Source of the DNA: a virus
Direction: 5' to 3' (one strand)
Virus genome (UHGV): UHGV-0038495
Length of the DNA stretch: 64,000 nucleotides
Below are positions 38,692-47,013 of this stretch, piece after piece. The translations under genes were made by a program, and so were the position numbers. The notes beneath the pieces were generated by a model. That model ran no database searches and was not told the DNA's origin. It saw nothing but the letters and a program-made list of their open reading frames with translations. Within the stretch, counting starts at the first letter, position 1. The number at the start of each line of letters is the position of its first letter.

Positions 38692-38735
38692 ACTTTCTAT
38701 AATAATTATAACAAAAAATTTACTGTTTTTGAAAA
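38692..38735 (-). promoter_or_regulatory. Conserved promoter cassette copy, followed by an 18-nt perfect palindrome
   Basis: Minus-strand reading TTTTCAAAAACAGTAAATTTTTTGTTATAATTATTATAGAAAGTG. Downstream lies TTGCTATtgcATAGCAA (38670..38688), then the ribosome-binding site of the 38687 gene. Confidence 0.5.
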
Positions 38736-38771
38736 TAGAAAAAGTCCTACTGTTAAGTAGGACTTAATTTA

Positions 38772-40094
38772 TTACATTTCTTCAAGTATATCTTCTGAAA
38801 GATTGGTCGCGCTTTCTGCTGTTTTTTCTACAATAATACCAGAAATTAACTTAAACAAATAATTTTTTAACTTATATGCTTCAAATTTTGGTGAATTTAC
38901 CTTACGTACAACTACACCTTCTCTTACATGAGTTCCATCTATTGGATCTGGGCCACTAGCATACTGTTCCGCCATCTGATAAACCCAATTACCCGCAGTC
39001 TTAAAACCTAACTGGTCTAAGGTTTCTTGGTCTGGAATAAATGTGCGCAGAAAAAGAGGCGGAGTCTTTATATTCATACGCTCACAATAAATTCTCATTA
39101 CATCTGGTGGTATTTCTATAACATCTTTATCCTCGTTAGTCATTGTCATTCTATAAACATAAATATCATGTTCTGCTGGCGTGCAACCATATGAGAATAT
39201 TATTTTATTACCATACTGCTTCTGATAATCCTTTGGAACTTTTGCTTCTCCCATAATAGGAGTTCCATCATTAGTATAACCAACAATTTCATAATAAGCA
39301 GTTACATCTTTAAATAACTTATCTGCAAATTCCTTTTCGCAATCTATTCTAAATGTATTATCATTATAGTAACCATCGCCTTCTTTGCGCGGATCCAGTA
39401 CCGTTCTCCTAGTACCAGATACATACCCCCAATCATAAACTGGCTTACCTTCGCGCTTAAAGATATGATCTAAGAACGACTTCTTAAATCCCTTTAATGT
39501 TGGAAGATGCGCAGTTCTACCTGAAGTACCATGGAGCTTAAGTGTAATCTCTATAAGGTCGCCTGGCGCGAACCTATCAAGATTATAAGCCAACTGCTGT
39601 GTATCTACATGCTCTTCAAACAAAGGCGCAATAGGAACAGAAAACTTCTTCTTTTTTGGAGTATAAGTACCTTCACGATGCTGGCGGCGCGGAACATACT
39701 TAGTTGCAATAACATGACCATTTAAAGTATCTACACAATCACCTATATTTACTTCGTCAAGATTTATACCTGTATACACAAGAGCAGACAATGGTAAGAA
39801 TAAGCCATCTGATTTTTCTCCTCTCAGTGCGATTGTTTTTACATTTCTCTTGTTAGGGTCTAAGTAACCTCCAATATTATTACCTGCGGCGTCCTTCTTT
39901 CTGCAAAGATTATTTTCTTCACAGAATTCCTCAGAAAGCTGTGCGCCTTCTGAGATATAAACACCTATTTCTCCTTCAGCGTAAGAAAGGTCTACACAAA
40001 TAGTATTACCAAAACATTCACCAAGCTGTAGTCTATCTGCATTTGGATGTTTTCTAAGATTCTTTAATGTTGTTACATAAGCATAATTAGACAT
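38772..40094 (-). CDS. Rnl2/Rnl5-like ATP-dependent RNA ligase with N-terminal tRNA-binding-type OB domain
   Basis: N-terminus LKNLRKHPNADRLQLGECFGNTICVDLS....GVYISEGAQL (Myf/Trbp111-type tRNA-binding OB signature). Motif I ITLKLHGTSG (KxHGxN as in T4 Rnl2). Motif IV REGVVVRK. Motif V YKLKN. Confidence 0.55.
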   Translation of the reverse strand: MSNYAYVTTLKNLRKHPNADRLQLGECFGNTICVDLSYAEGEIGVYISEGAQLSEEFCEENNLCRKKDAAGNNIGGYLDPNKRNVKTIALRGEKSDGLFLPLSALVYTGINLDEVNIGDCVDTLNGHVIATKYVPRRQHREGTYTPKKKKFSVPIAPLFEEHVDTQQLAYNLDRFAPGDLIEITLKLHGTSGRTAHLPTLKGFKKSFLDHIFKREGKPVYDWGYVSGTRRTVLDPRKEGDGYYNDNTFRIDCEKEFADKLFKDVTAYYEIVGYTNDGTPIMGEAKVPKDYQKQYGNKIIFSYGCTPAEHDIYVYRMTMTNEDKDVIEIPPDVMRIYCERMNIKTPPLFLRTFIPDQETLDQLGFKTAGNWVYQMAEQYASGPDPIDGTHVREGVVVRKVNSPKFEAYKLKNYLFKLISGIIVEKTAESATNLSEDILEEM

Positions 40095-40098
40095 TATA

Positions 40099-40917
40099 TC
40101 ACTCTCCTATCATTCTCCAAGATTTATAATACTTATTTCTTTTCTTTGCGGCTTCTAATATTTTTTCTGCAATTTCACTCTCTTCCTTATCTTCGATTTT
40201 CTTCTCAGATATAAGCCATTTTGCTGCTTCATTTGCTGTTTTAAAGGAATGTGTGACCTTCTTTTTAGTTGAAATCGTAACAATGGTTCCGCGCGGCAGG
40301 TCAGATTCAGTCCACTTAGGCTTAGGTTTAGCCTCTTCAAATTCGGTCAAGCGTGCCACTATCTTTTTTATTTCTGCTTTTTTATATTTCTCTTCACAAG
40401 AGTGAATAAACTGTAAAAGTATAGCATCATTTAAAGCATTATGATCCTGTTCTTTTGTATGGTCAAATGCCTGTGCAACTCTTAATAAACCACGCTGCTT
40501 AATATTATATCGCTGACAAAATCTCGTACCATAATCAGTAAGTCCGCCCGCTATATCGCCTAAAATCAGTCTTGCGCACGGGTCACTGGCACAATCCTTA
40601 AACGTACCTTTTACAAAATGAATATCTTCTGAACCCCAACAAAACCATTCGGGATTCCAATTTACTTCATTTTCTTTTGCCTCTTCCTCCTGTGCAAGTA
40701 CCCAATTATAAAATTCATTGAATACTTCTATTGCGCCTTTAGCATTATCAATATCTTCAATAGTAATTCCTGTAAGCTCTGTAATCATTTTACTAATTTT
40801 ATACCTACTCTCTGGCTTTACGAGAGAATAAAAAAAGTGACCATTCTCACAAACCGCGCCAATGGATATAATTCTATGACTAAACTGTGTTCCTTCAAAA
40901 TCTAAAAAATATTTCAT
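40099..40917 (-). CDS. DEDDh (DnaQ-like) 3'-5' exonuclease with C-terminal extension
   Basis: Exo I FLDFEGT. Exo II-like. Exo III HNALNDA. Confidence 0.7.
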   Translation of the reverse strand: MKYFLDFEGTQFSHRIISIGAVCENGHFFYSLVKPESRYKISKMITELTGITIEDIDNAKGAIEVFNEFYNWVLAQEEEAKENEVNWNPEWFCWGSEDIHFVKGTFKDCASDPCARLILGDIAGGLTDYGTRFCQRYNIKQRGLLRVAQAFDHTKEQDHNALNDAILLQFIHSCEEKYKKAEIKKIVARLTEFEEAKPKPKWTESDLPRGTIVTISTKKKVTHSFKTANEAAKWLISEKKIEDKEESEIAEKILEAAKKRNKYYKSWRMIGE

Positions 40918-41666
40918 TATCTATCTCCCTTTGCTAAAATATTCTTAAATAAATCTATAAATGCTTCCTTATTTCTTTCGTTTATATTTGTTGAAGTCAA
41001 AGTTGTTTTACAATCATATAACTCATATGGAATTTCGCGCGGACCTACTTTGAAAACTTCAGAACTATTCTTTATATTCATTAAAACTATGCTGCGCGCA
41101 GCAGATAATTCATATAAATTAGCATAGTTATTATTACAATATTTTTCAGCAGAATCTATTAATCTTAAATGATTTGCTAATGACTTGCCGTTAGAAACTT
41201 CCTTCTTTTCTTTTTCTCTTGCATCATCTAAATAAGATTTAGCTTGACCTAATATAGAGTTTATAGTCTTATTTGGATTTCCCTGTAAAAAAGAAAATCT
41301 CATATTTCTTAATTTTTCCCATTCTTCTATATATTTTTCATTTATTATTACATAGGACGTAAATAATAATTCGATAGTTGAAAAGTTACCTTTATCTAAT
41401 TCTTTAAAGAAGTCTATTAAATTCTTTGTAGTAATTTTATTATCATTAGCAGCTCCTATTTTAAATGTTGCATTTTTATTATAGCCAAACAAAACTTCTT
41501 TATAAGATGGTACTGTTATACAATACATATCTATATCAGAATTTTCATCTGCAAGACCATAATTCTGGCTTCCATAAAGAAAATATCCAAAGACTTCTTT
41601 ACTAGCTTCTATATTCGCCATTTCAGCCATGTGTTTCATATTTTCTATTATTGTTTTTCTTTCCAT
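40917..41666 (-). CDS. Pol-beta-superfamily nucleotidyltransferase (ANT/KNTase-like)
   Basis: FLYGSQNYGLADENSDIDMY matches GS-x9-13-SDID of minimal nucleotidyltransferases (AadA/LinB/KNTase-like). About 150 aa of helical C-terminus. 249 aa. Confidence 0.5.
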   Translation of the reverse strand: MERKTIIENMKHMAEMANIEASKEVFGYFLYGSQNYGLADENSDIDMYCITVPSYKEVLFGYNKNATFKIGAANDNKITTKNLIDFFKELDKGNFSTIELLFTSYVIINEKYIEEWEKLRNMRFSFLQGNPNKTINSILGQAKSYLDDAREKEKKEVSNGKSLANHLRLIDSAEKYCNNNYANLYELSAARSIVLMNIKNSSEVFKVGPREIPYELYDCKTTLTSTNINERNKEAFIDLFKNILAKGDR

Positions 41667-41686
41667 TTTATTTTCCTTTCTTCCTT

Positions 41687-41730
41687 AACTTTCTATAATT
41701 ATTATAACAAATTTTTTTGAGATTTTGAAA
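41687..41730 (-). promoter_or_regulatory. Conserved promoter cassette copy
   Basis: aactttctataattattataacaaatttttttgagattttgaaa (plus strand). Minus-strand reading gives TTCAAA-N17-TGTTATAAT. Confidence 0.5.
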
Positions 41731-41808
41731 AGTGAAAAAATGGCTTGTATAAAACAAGCCATTTAAAAGAAATTTATGTTTAACACTAATACTAATTAGT
41801 GATTTTAA

Positions 41809-42705
41809 CTATTTTTCAGTTATAAAAGCATTATAGCCTTTAACTCTTAAATCATCTACAACTTTCTGCGCATTTGCTTTTTTGCTAAAAACGCCAACCT
41901 GACATTTATAAAGTCCATTTATAAGTTTACAATAAGCATTTTTATACCCTGCACCAATAGTATCTTCTAATCTTTTTATTCTATCTACAAGAGCAAGGCA
42001 ATTAGTCTGAGATTTAAATGCGCCAACCTGTACTGTATATAAAACCTTTTTAACTGGTTCTTCAATAGGACTAATAGTTGTCTTTCTATAAAAGCAAATT
42101 ACATTATCAACTGCGCGATTGTAGTTCTCTGAGGTTATAGATTCACCTTTGACTAAAATTTTTGTACTGCCGCCGCCATCTAAGTTTATTGCATGAGTAC
42201 AGTGTAAACCAAGCATAATATTAGTTAAGCCAGTAAAAGTTAGACCTCTGCCTTCAACAGCGACAAGAAATATCTTATTAGCATTATAACCAAGTGCAGT
42301 TCTGCGCGCCTTATAATCGAGTTCTTTAGCTATATCAGTCGAAACTCTTACACCATTGCACACAAGTGGAGGATATCCACTGATAAAATCAATGAATTTA
42401 CCTTCATCAATATTACCATATTCTAATTCACCTGTTGCGCGATTAATACCCATACCAATCTTATATTTTACTGTAGTAGAAATTGCTTTATCACCTGTTC
42501 TATACTCAAACATAGTAACGCCGTCAGCCATATTAAACAAGCCGCCATTACATATAACGTCTGGTTTTATTGTCTGCCTCTTGTAAAAAGAGCTTAAAGT
42601 CTCGCGCGGCTGCTGACATAAAGCAAAATGAATCTTTGAAAGTTCTGATTTTTCAAACTCTACTACAGTTATATCCGCATTATTTACATATTTATATGTT
42701 TTCAA
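41809..42705 (-). CDS. Phosphodiester glycosidase (NAGPA/DUF2233) fused to C-terminal SPOR domain
   Basis: CNGGLFNM, RTALGYN, AINLDGGGST (NAGPA core). The C-terminal ~75 aa YTVQVGAFKSQTNCLALVDRIK....GYNAFI is a SPOR-type fold signature. Confidence 0.55.
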   Translation of the reverse strand: MKTYKYVNNADITVVEFEKSELSKIHFALCQQPRETLSSFYKRQTIKPDVICNGGLFNMADGVTMFEYRTGDKAISTTVKYKIGMGINRATGELEYGNIDEGKFIDFISGYPPLVCNGVRVSTDIAKELDYKARRTALGYNANKIFLVAVEGRGLTFTGLTNIMLGLHCTHAINLDGGGSTKILVKGESITSENYNRAVDNVICFYRKTTISPIEEPVKKVLYTVQVGAFKSQTNCLALVDRIKRLEDTIGAGYKNAYCKLINGLYKCQVGVFSKKANAQKVVDDLRVKGYNAFITEK

Positions 42706-42716
42706 TTATTGTCTCC

Positions 42717-43082
42717 TTAATAGCTATCATAAAAGATAACTTCTAAATCTGATTCTTTTTTCATTCTTTTAATTAATTTATTAAGTGTTTTAATATCTCT
42801 TTTAAGACTTTTTCTTATTTCTTCCCATTCCCAAATACTACCACCATTCTCGCTCCAATTTTCTTTATTAAGAGTCTTTAAAGCATAGTATATATCTACT
42901 AAATTATCAAGAGAAAGGGAATATTCAAACAACATTTCATTTGGATCTATACATTCAAAAATCAATCTTCTTATATTCCAACACTTACGCCAGTAACAAA
43001 TTTCTTTTTTTTCTATACCATTTTTATTTTTTATAATAATACCATTATCCAGTCCCATATTTATTCTCCCATTAATCTGCAA
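42717..43082 (-). CDS. hypothetical protein
   Basis: ORF on the coding strand. Confidence 0.3.
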   Translation of the reverse strand: MQINGRINMGLDNGIIIKNKNGIEKKEICYWRKCWNIRRLIFECIDPNEMLFEYSLSLDNLVDIYYALKTLNKENWSENGGSIWEWEEIRKSLKRDIKTLNKLIKRMKKESDLEVIFYDSY

Positions 43083-43226
43083 AAGCTAAGCAAAAAGCAA
43101 AAAGCATAGTTAAAAATTCAGATATTATTATACGGTGCGTAGGAATTTCTTTATCAGATATTGCATCTGAAATACCAAGGAATCCCCATATTAAACCAAC
43201 CGCTATCCATATCATTTTTGTTATCA

Positions 43227-43412
43227 TTAATATGTCTCCTTTTCTCTTAATTTTCTAATCTTTTCTTTCTTTTCATTTAATATCTTTACTCTGGCGCGCG
43301 GCTTATAAAGATTGCAGTGCTGGCAATATCCCGTCATCTCTGCCTCCCTGCCCTTTAAGCAGTTCCCGCGACTTTCATAATAAATGCAAGGTATTAATTT
43401 ATCCTTTGCCAT
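43227..43412 (-). CDS. Small Cys-containing basic protein
   Basis: CIYYESRGNCLKG....CQHCNLY. Confidence 0.3.
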   Translation of the reverse strand: MAKDKLIPCIYYESRGNCLKGREAEMTGYCQHCNLYKPRARVKILNEKKEKIRKLREKETY

Positions 43413-43636
43413 TAATAATTCATCCCCTCTTCTACTAAATCTGCAATGTCCTTGCTATCAACTGGCAGAACATCATTATCTGTAATGTATTTTAAAGTAA
43501 TATATTCAGTTTCATTTTCGCCATAATACCCCATAGCCTGTTCCATTGCATTTTTATAATTATCTGCTATAATAAAACCATATTCAACATTATTTTCTTC
43601 ATATTCTTTTACTTCTACTCTATAAATATTTTTCAT
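43412..43636 (-). CDS. Small acidic protein
   Basis: ORF on the coding strand. Confidence 0.3.
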   Translation of the reverse strand: MKNIYRVEVKEYEENNVEYGFIIADNYKNAMEQAMGYYGENETEYITLKYITDNDVLPVDSKDIADLVEEGMNY

Positions 43637-43659
43637 TTTTTTTATTATCCTCTCTCAAT

Positions 43660-43701
43660 AACTTTATAATTATTATAACAAAATTTTTTGAGTTTTTGAA
43701 G
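43660..43701 (-). promoter_or_regulatory. Conserved promoter cassette copy
   Basis: actttataattattataacaaaattttttgagtttttgaag. Confidence 0.5.
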
Positions 43702-43739
43702 TTATAATTTTATCCTTTTTTACTGCAATTGTTATTATT

Positions 43740-44588
43740 CTATAAACTCCTGTACTTCATTTTTCTTTTTGCGAACTCTATTGCAAGCATATAATCTTCC
43801 TCATGTCTAGTACCAGAATGTTCTTTATGAACTTTATTTTCAAATTCCTGTAAACTACCACTAAAACATCCGCAAGAAACAATAATTTCACCTCCACCAT
43901 TTGTTGCAAATGTTGTATATCCTTCTCTACTGCCTATTGGACCAACTACAAAATAATCAGTCATTTTTTCAACATATGCTTTACCTGATAGATGTGCATT
44001 GCCAGATATTCTTACAGACCCACTTACCTGTGCTTCACCAGTAACCTGTGCGAAACCAAGTATAGTTGCTTTATCAGACACCTTGGAGTTACCATATATC
44101 CGTGCTTTATCTAATAAAAACACATTTCCAGATACTTGGGCATTATCATATATACGAGAATCGTCATGTATATGTGCATAATCACGAACTATTGCACAGC
44201 CGCAAACACATGAATTTTCATACAGCTGGGCATTTTCTAAAATCTGTGCATTACCATAAACTATAGCACCATTATGGATTTTAGCATTACCAGATATTTG
44301 AGCATTACCGGCTATTCTTACGTCATCTGAGAGTGATGCATTTCCGAAAACTCGTGCATACTGAGATACTAATGCATTATCACGAACTATTGCATTTTCA
44401 CAAACCCAAGCACTATTAGCTACCCAAGCATTACCTTCATGACTTAAATTATCTTCACTTTCAATATACCCACCTAGTTCACCTGTTATGATATTTCTAA
44501 AATCTTTTAATGCTACTATTCGATATAATCTATGTCCAAAAATTTCTATAAAATCATCTTTAAGTAACTCATATTTCCTGTTTACCAT
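43740..44588 (-). CDS. Hexapeptide-repeat (left-handed beta-helix type) protein, long paralog (about 25 repeats)
   Basis: Same N-terminal (LYRIVALKDF..ITGELGGYIESEDNLSHEGNAWV) and C-terminal (VGPIGSREGYTTFATNGGGEIIVSCGCFSG) modules as 4239..4799, with an expanded NAxIxx array. Confidence 0.55.
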   Translation of the reverse strand: MVNRKYELLKDDFIEIFGHRLYRIVALKDFRNIITGELGGYIESEDNLSHEGNAWVANSAWVCENAIVRDNALVSQYARVFGNASLSDDVRIAGNAQISGNAKIHNGAIVYGNAQILENAQLYENSCVCGCAIVRDYAHIHDDSRIYDNAQVSGNVFLLDKARIYGNSKVSDKATILGFAQVTGEAQVSGSVRISGNAHLSGKAYVEKMTDYFVVGPIGSREGYTTFATNGGGEIIVSCGCFSGSLQEFENKVHKEHSGTRHEEDYMLAIEFAKRKMKYRSL

Positions 44589-44592
44589 ATTA

Positions 44593-45024
44593 TTAATTTC
44601 CTTCTATTTCCCAAGTAAGCATTTTTTCAACACTAAATCTTGTATAATTAGGGTCGCAAAAACCAAATAGCCCTTTATGTAACTCATACGTCAGCATATA
44701 TTCTGTTTCATTTTCACTTGGTTGCCAAAATATGTTTCCAAGTGTATCTCTATAAATCTCTCCATGCTGTAATACTTCTAAAAAATGCCATTCTCTTTTT
44801 GTTAATGTAGGTGTCTCTTCATGCTCTTTATAAAACCATTCATAGCGTTTTTGGATACAAGGTTTATCTTCTTCTTCATAACTATCAAAGATACAATCTT
44901 TACAATTCGAGAGCGAACAAGTTTTTATACAATTATCTGCTGGTGCATTTCGTATAACTGCTATACTCTGACATTTACTTGCATTTTCTAATATAATATC
45001 TTTAAAAAACTTAAAATTTGTCAT
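44593..45024 (-). CDS. Cys-rich small protein
   Basis: CQS...C..C.L..CKDCIFD.....KPC....W. Confidence 0.4.
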   Translation of the reverse strand: MTNFKFFKDIILENASKCQSIAVIRNAPADNCIKTCSLSNCKDCIFDSYEEEDKPCIQKRYEWFYKEHEETPTLTKREWHFLEVLQHGEIYRDTLGNIFWQPSENETEYMLTYELHKGLFGFCDPNYTRFSVEKMLTWEIEGN

Positions 45025-45089
45025 TTTTTTTCTCCTTTTCTTTTTTTTCTATAATTATTATAGCAAATTTTTTTAAAAAATTTTAATAG

Positions 45090-45656
45090 TTATTTTTTAT
45101 CAGACTTTTCTTTGCAGTCACAGCAATCTCCGCATGGAACTGTAGATGAAACTGTTTTTGTACTATGGTCATGGTTGTCATAAGTATTGCATTGATCAGG
45201 GTGAAACATTAATGTTTCCGCTTCATTTATTAATTGTTGCAAATAAGAACCATAAATTAAATCATCTTTCTCTACATGAATTGAAGCACTGCCATTTGCA
45301 CTTTCTGTTGGCAAGACTCCTCCTTTATTTAAAGCTTTTGCAACAGCATTAAAAGATTCTGCTGTTAGAAATTGTTCATTTGGAAAAGAAGAATCTTCAA
45401 TAAAACGCCACCTCGTAACGTGTGTTTTTTTACTTTTATTATATCTAGCGTCATCAATATATTTCATAAGAGCAATCCAATCTTTTCTACTCCAATAACC
45501 AGACTCTCCATGTCCAATAACTTCATTGAATTGAACGCATCCCCATTCTGGTAAAGAAATTTGACTTTTTACAGTTTGCCCATGTTCGCAAAGATTTTGA
45601 CATGAATCACAACGAGTACAAATTTCTTCTGTTACTGTTTTGCCTTGGTCGCCCAT
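45090..45656 (-). CDS. Cys-rich protein
   Basis: N-terminal CTRCDSCQNLCEHGQTV. C-terminal CGDCCDCKEK. Immediately downstream of the radical-SAM gene. Confidence 0.45.
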   Translation of the reverse strand: MGDQGKTVTEEICTRCDSCQNLCEHGQTVKSQISLPEWGCVQFNEVIGHGESGYWSRKDWIALMKYIDDARYNKSKKTHVTRWRFIEDSSFPNEQFLTAESFNAVAKALNKGGVLPTESANGSASIHVEKDDLIYGSYLQQLINEAETLMFHPDQCNTYDNHDHSTKTVSSTVPCGDCCDCKEKSDKK

Positions 45657-45657
45657 A

Positions 45658-46893
45658 TTATAACCTCCTTGCTATAATACTATTGAAATACCTTATAAAA
45701 GAATCACTATTACTATCTCGCATATTTTCTATTAAATTGCGCGCCAAGTAAAAATTCATTAACTTCCAAGAGCAATCCATATTTGCATGAGTATATAAGT
45801 TACCAAACAAATCCATATTAGTAGAAGGACAAGATTTATTCTTACATATTTCTTTTCTTGGACAATCTATACATAAAGAAGGCGTTTCGCAGATTACAAT
45901 AGAAGAAGAATTAATAAATCTATTTATAAGATTAATATGTCTTGCTTTCTTATATCCAGTTTCTATGTTTCCTAAGTAAAACTTACTTCTCTTACCATGC
46001 GTGGCTTGTTCTTGACATCCATAGATAGAACCATCATAACCTATTCCCACGCAATCTTCACCCATTCCACAGTGATGCGCGCTGCGGCTATAAAATATTT
46101 CCTGCTCGCACTGAATATTTTCCTTAATAGCATCTGAAATTTGAATAAAATCTATAAATGGCTTCTTATTATCACTAAAGACTTTATCATAAAATTCATA
46201 AATCATGCCTAATTGTTCAAAAAGTATCATTTTACTCTCAGCCGTCCAGTTTTCTCGAACGTTTGGGGTAAAAAAGCAGTTAGAAAAACCCATTCGTAAA
46301 GCATAAATAAAATTATCATAAAGAAAACATGCACTTTGCGGGGTTATTGTAGCTCGGAAAGTAACTTCTGGGAATAATTTTATCATTGCAGGAATAATAT
46401 CTTGTAACTTCTCAAAGCTACTATTACCATCTTTACAAGGTCTGTTCATATCCTGAGTCTGCTTCGCGCCATCCATTGAAAAATGAGGATAAATATTATG
46501 TTCTTTCATCCATAAAAGACGTTTATAAGTTAATAAAATTCCATTTGTAGTAATAGAAAATGTGAACATCTTAGGATATGTTTGCTCAGCATAGTTTACA
46601 ACAGGAACAATAATAGAATCCCAGCAAAGTAATGGCTCACCACCGAAGAAGGTTATTCTACCTTCAGCTTTATTTTGCTCTTGTATATTATTAGCTAAAT
46701 AATCTACCGCGCTTTTTGCTGTGTCTAAAGTCATATAATGAGGATTCTGCTCAGTAAAACAATAAACACAACAATTATTACAATCATCTGTTACATTAAA
46801 AACAGCATTTGTAGGTTTATGTTTTAATTTATCATTTTGCTGCGCTTTTTGCTGGCGCGCGCCTATAATCTTTTTTCTTTCTTCTTTTGTCAT
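45658..46893 (-). CDS. Radical SAM enzyme with C-terminal SPASM/twitch-like Cys clusters
   Basis: DDCNNCCVYC contains Cx3Cx2C. GGEPLL. C-terminus CGMGEDCVGIGYDGSIYGC and CIDCPRKEICKNKSCP auxiliary-cluster-like motifs. Confidence 0.7.
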   Translation of the reverse strand: MTKEERKKIIGARQQKAQQNDKLKHKPTNAVFNVTDDCNNCCVYCFTEQNPHYMTLDTAKSAVDYLANNIQEQNKAEGRITFFGGEPLLCWDSIIVPVVNYAEQTYPKMFTFSITTNGILLTYKRLLWMKEHNIYPHFSMDGAKQTQDMNRPCKDGNSSFEKLQDIIPAMIKLFPEVTFRATITPQSACFLYDNFIYALRMGFSNCFFTPNVRENWTAESKMILFEQLGMIYEFYDKVFSDNKKPFIDFIQISDAIKENIQCEQEIFYSRSAHHCGMGEDCVGIGYDGSIYGCQEQATHGKRSKFYLGNIETGYKKARHINLINRFINSSSIVICETPSLCIDCPRKEICKNKSCPSTNMDLFGNLYTHANMDCSWKLMNFYLARNLIENMRDSNSDSFIRYFNSIIARRL

Positions 46894-47013
46894 ATTCTAC
46901 CACTTTCCTTTTTTCTTTTTTAACTTTCTTTCTTTTAATATATTATAACATAAATTTTACTGTTTCCAAATTTACTATAAAAAAAAAGGCTACCTTTCAA
47001 AGTAGCCTTTATA

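Noticed and set aside
40155-40340. 61-aa basic ORF inside the exonuclease gene
   Set aside because: Same strand, different frame, inside a motif-supported CDS. Lys/Arg-rich frame artefact.
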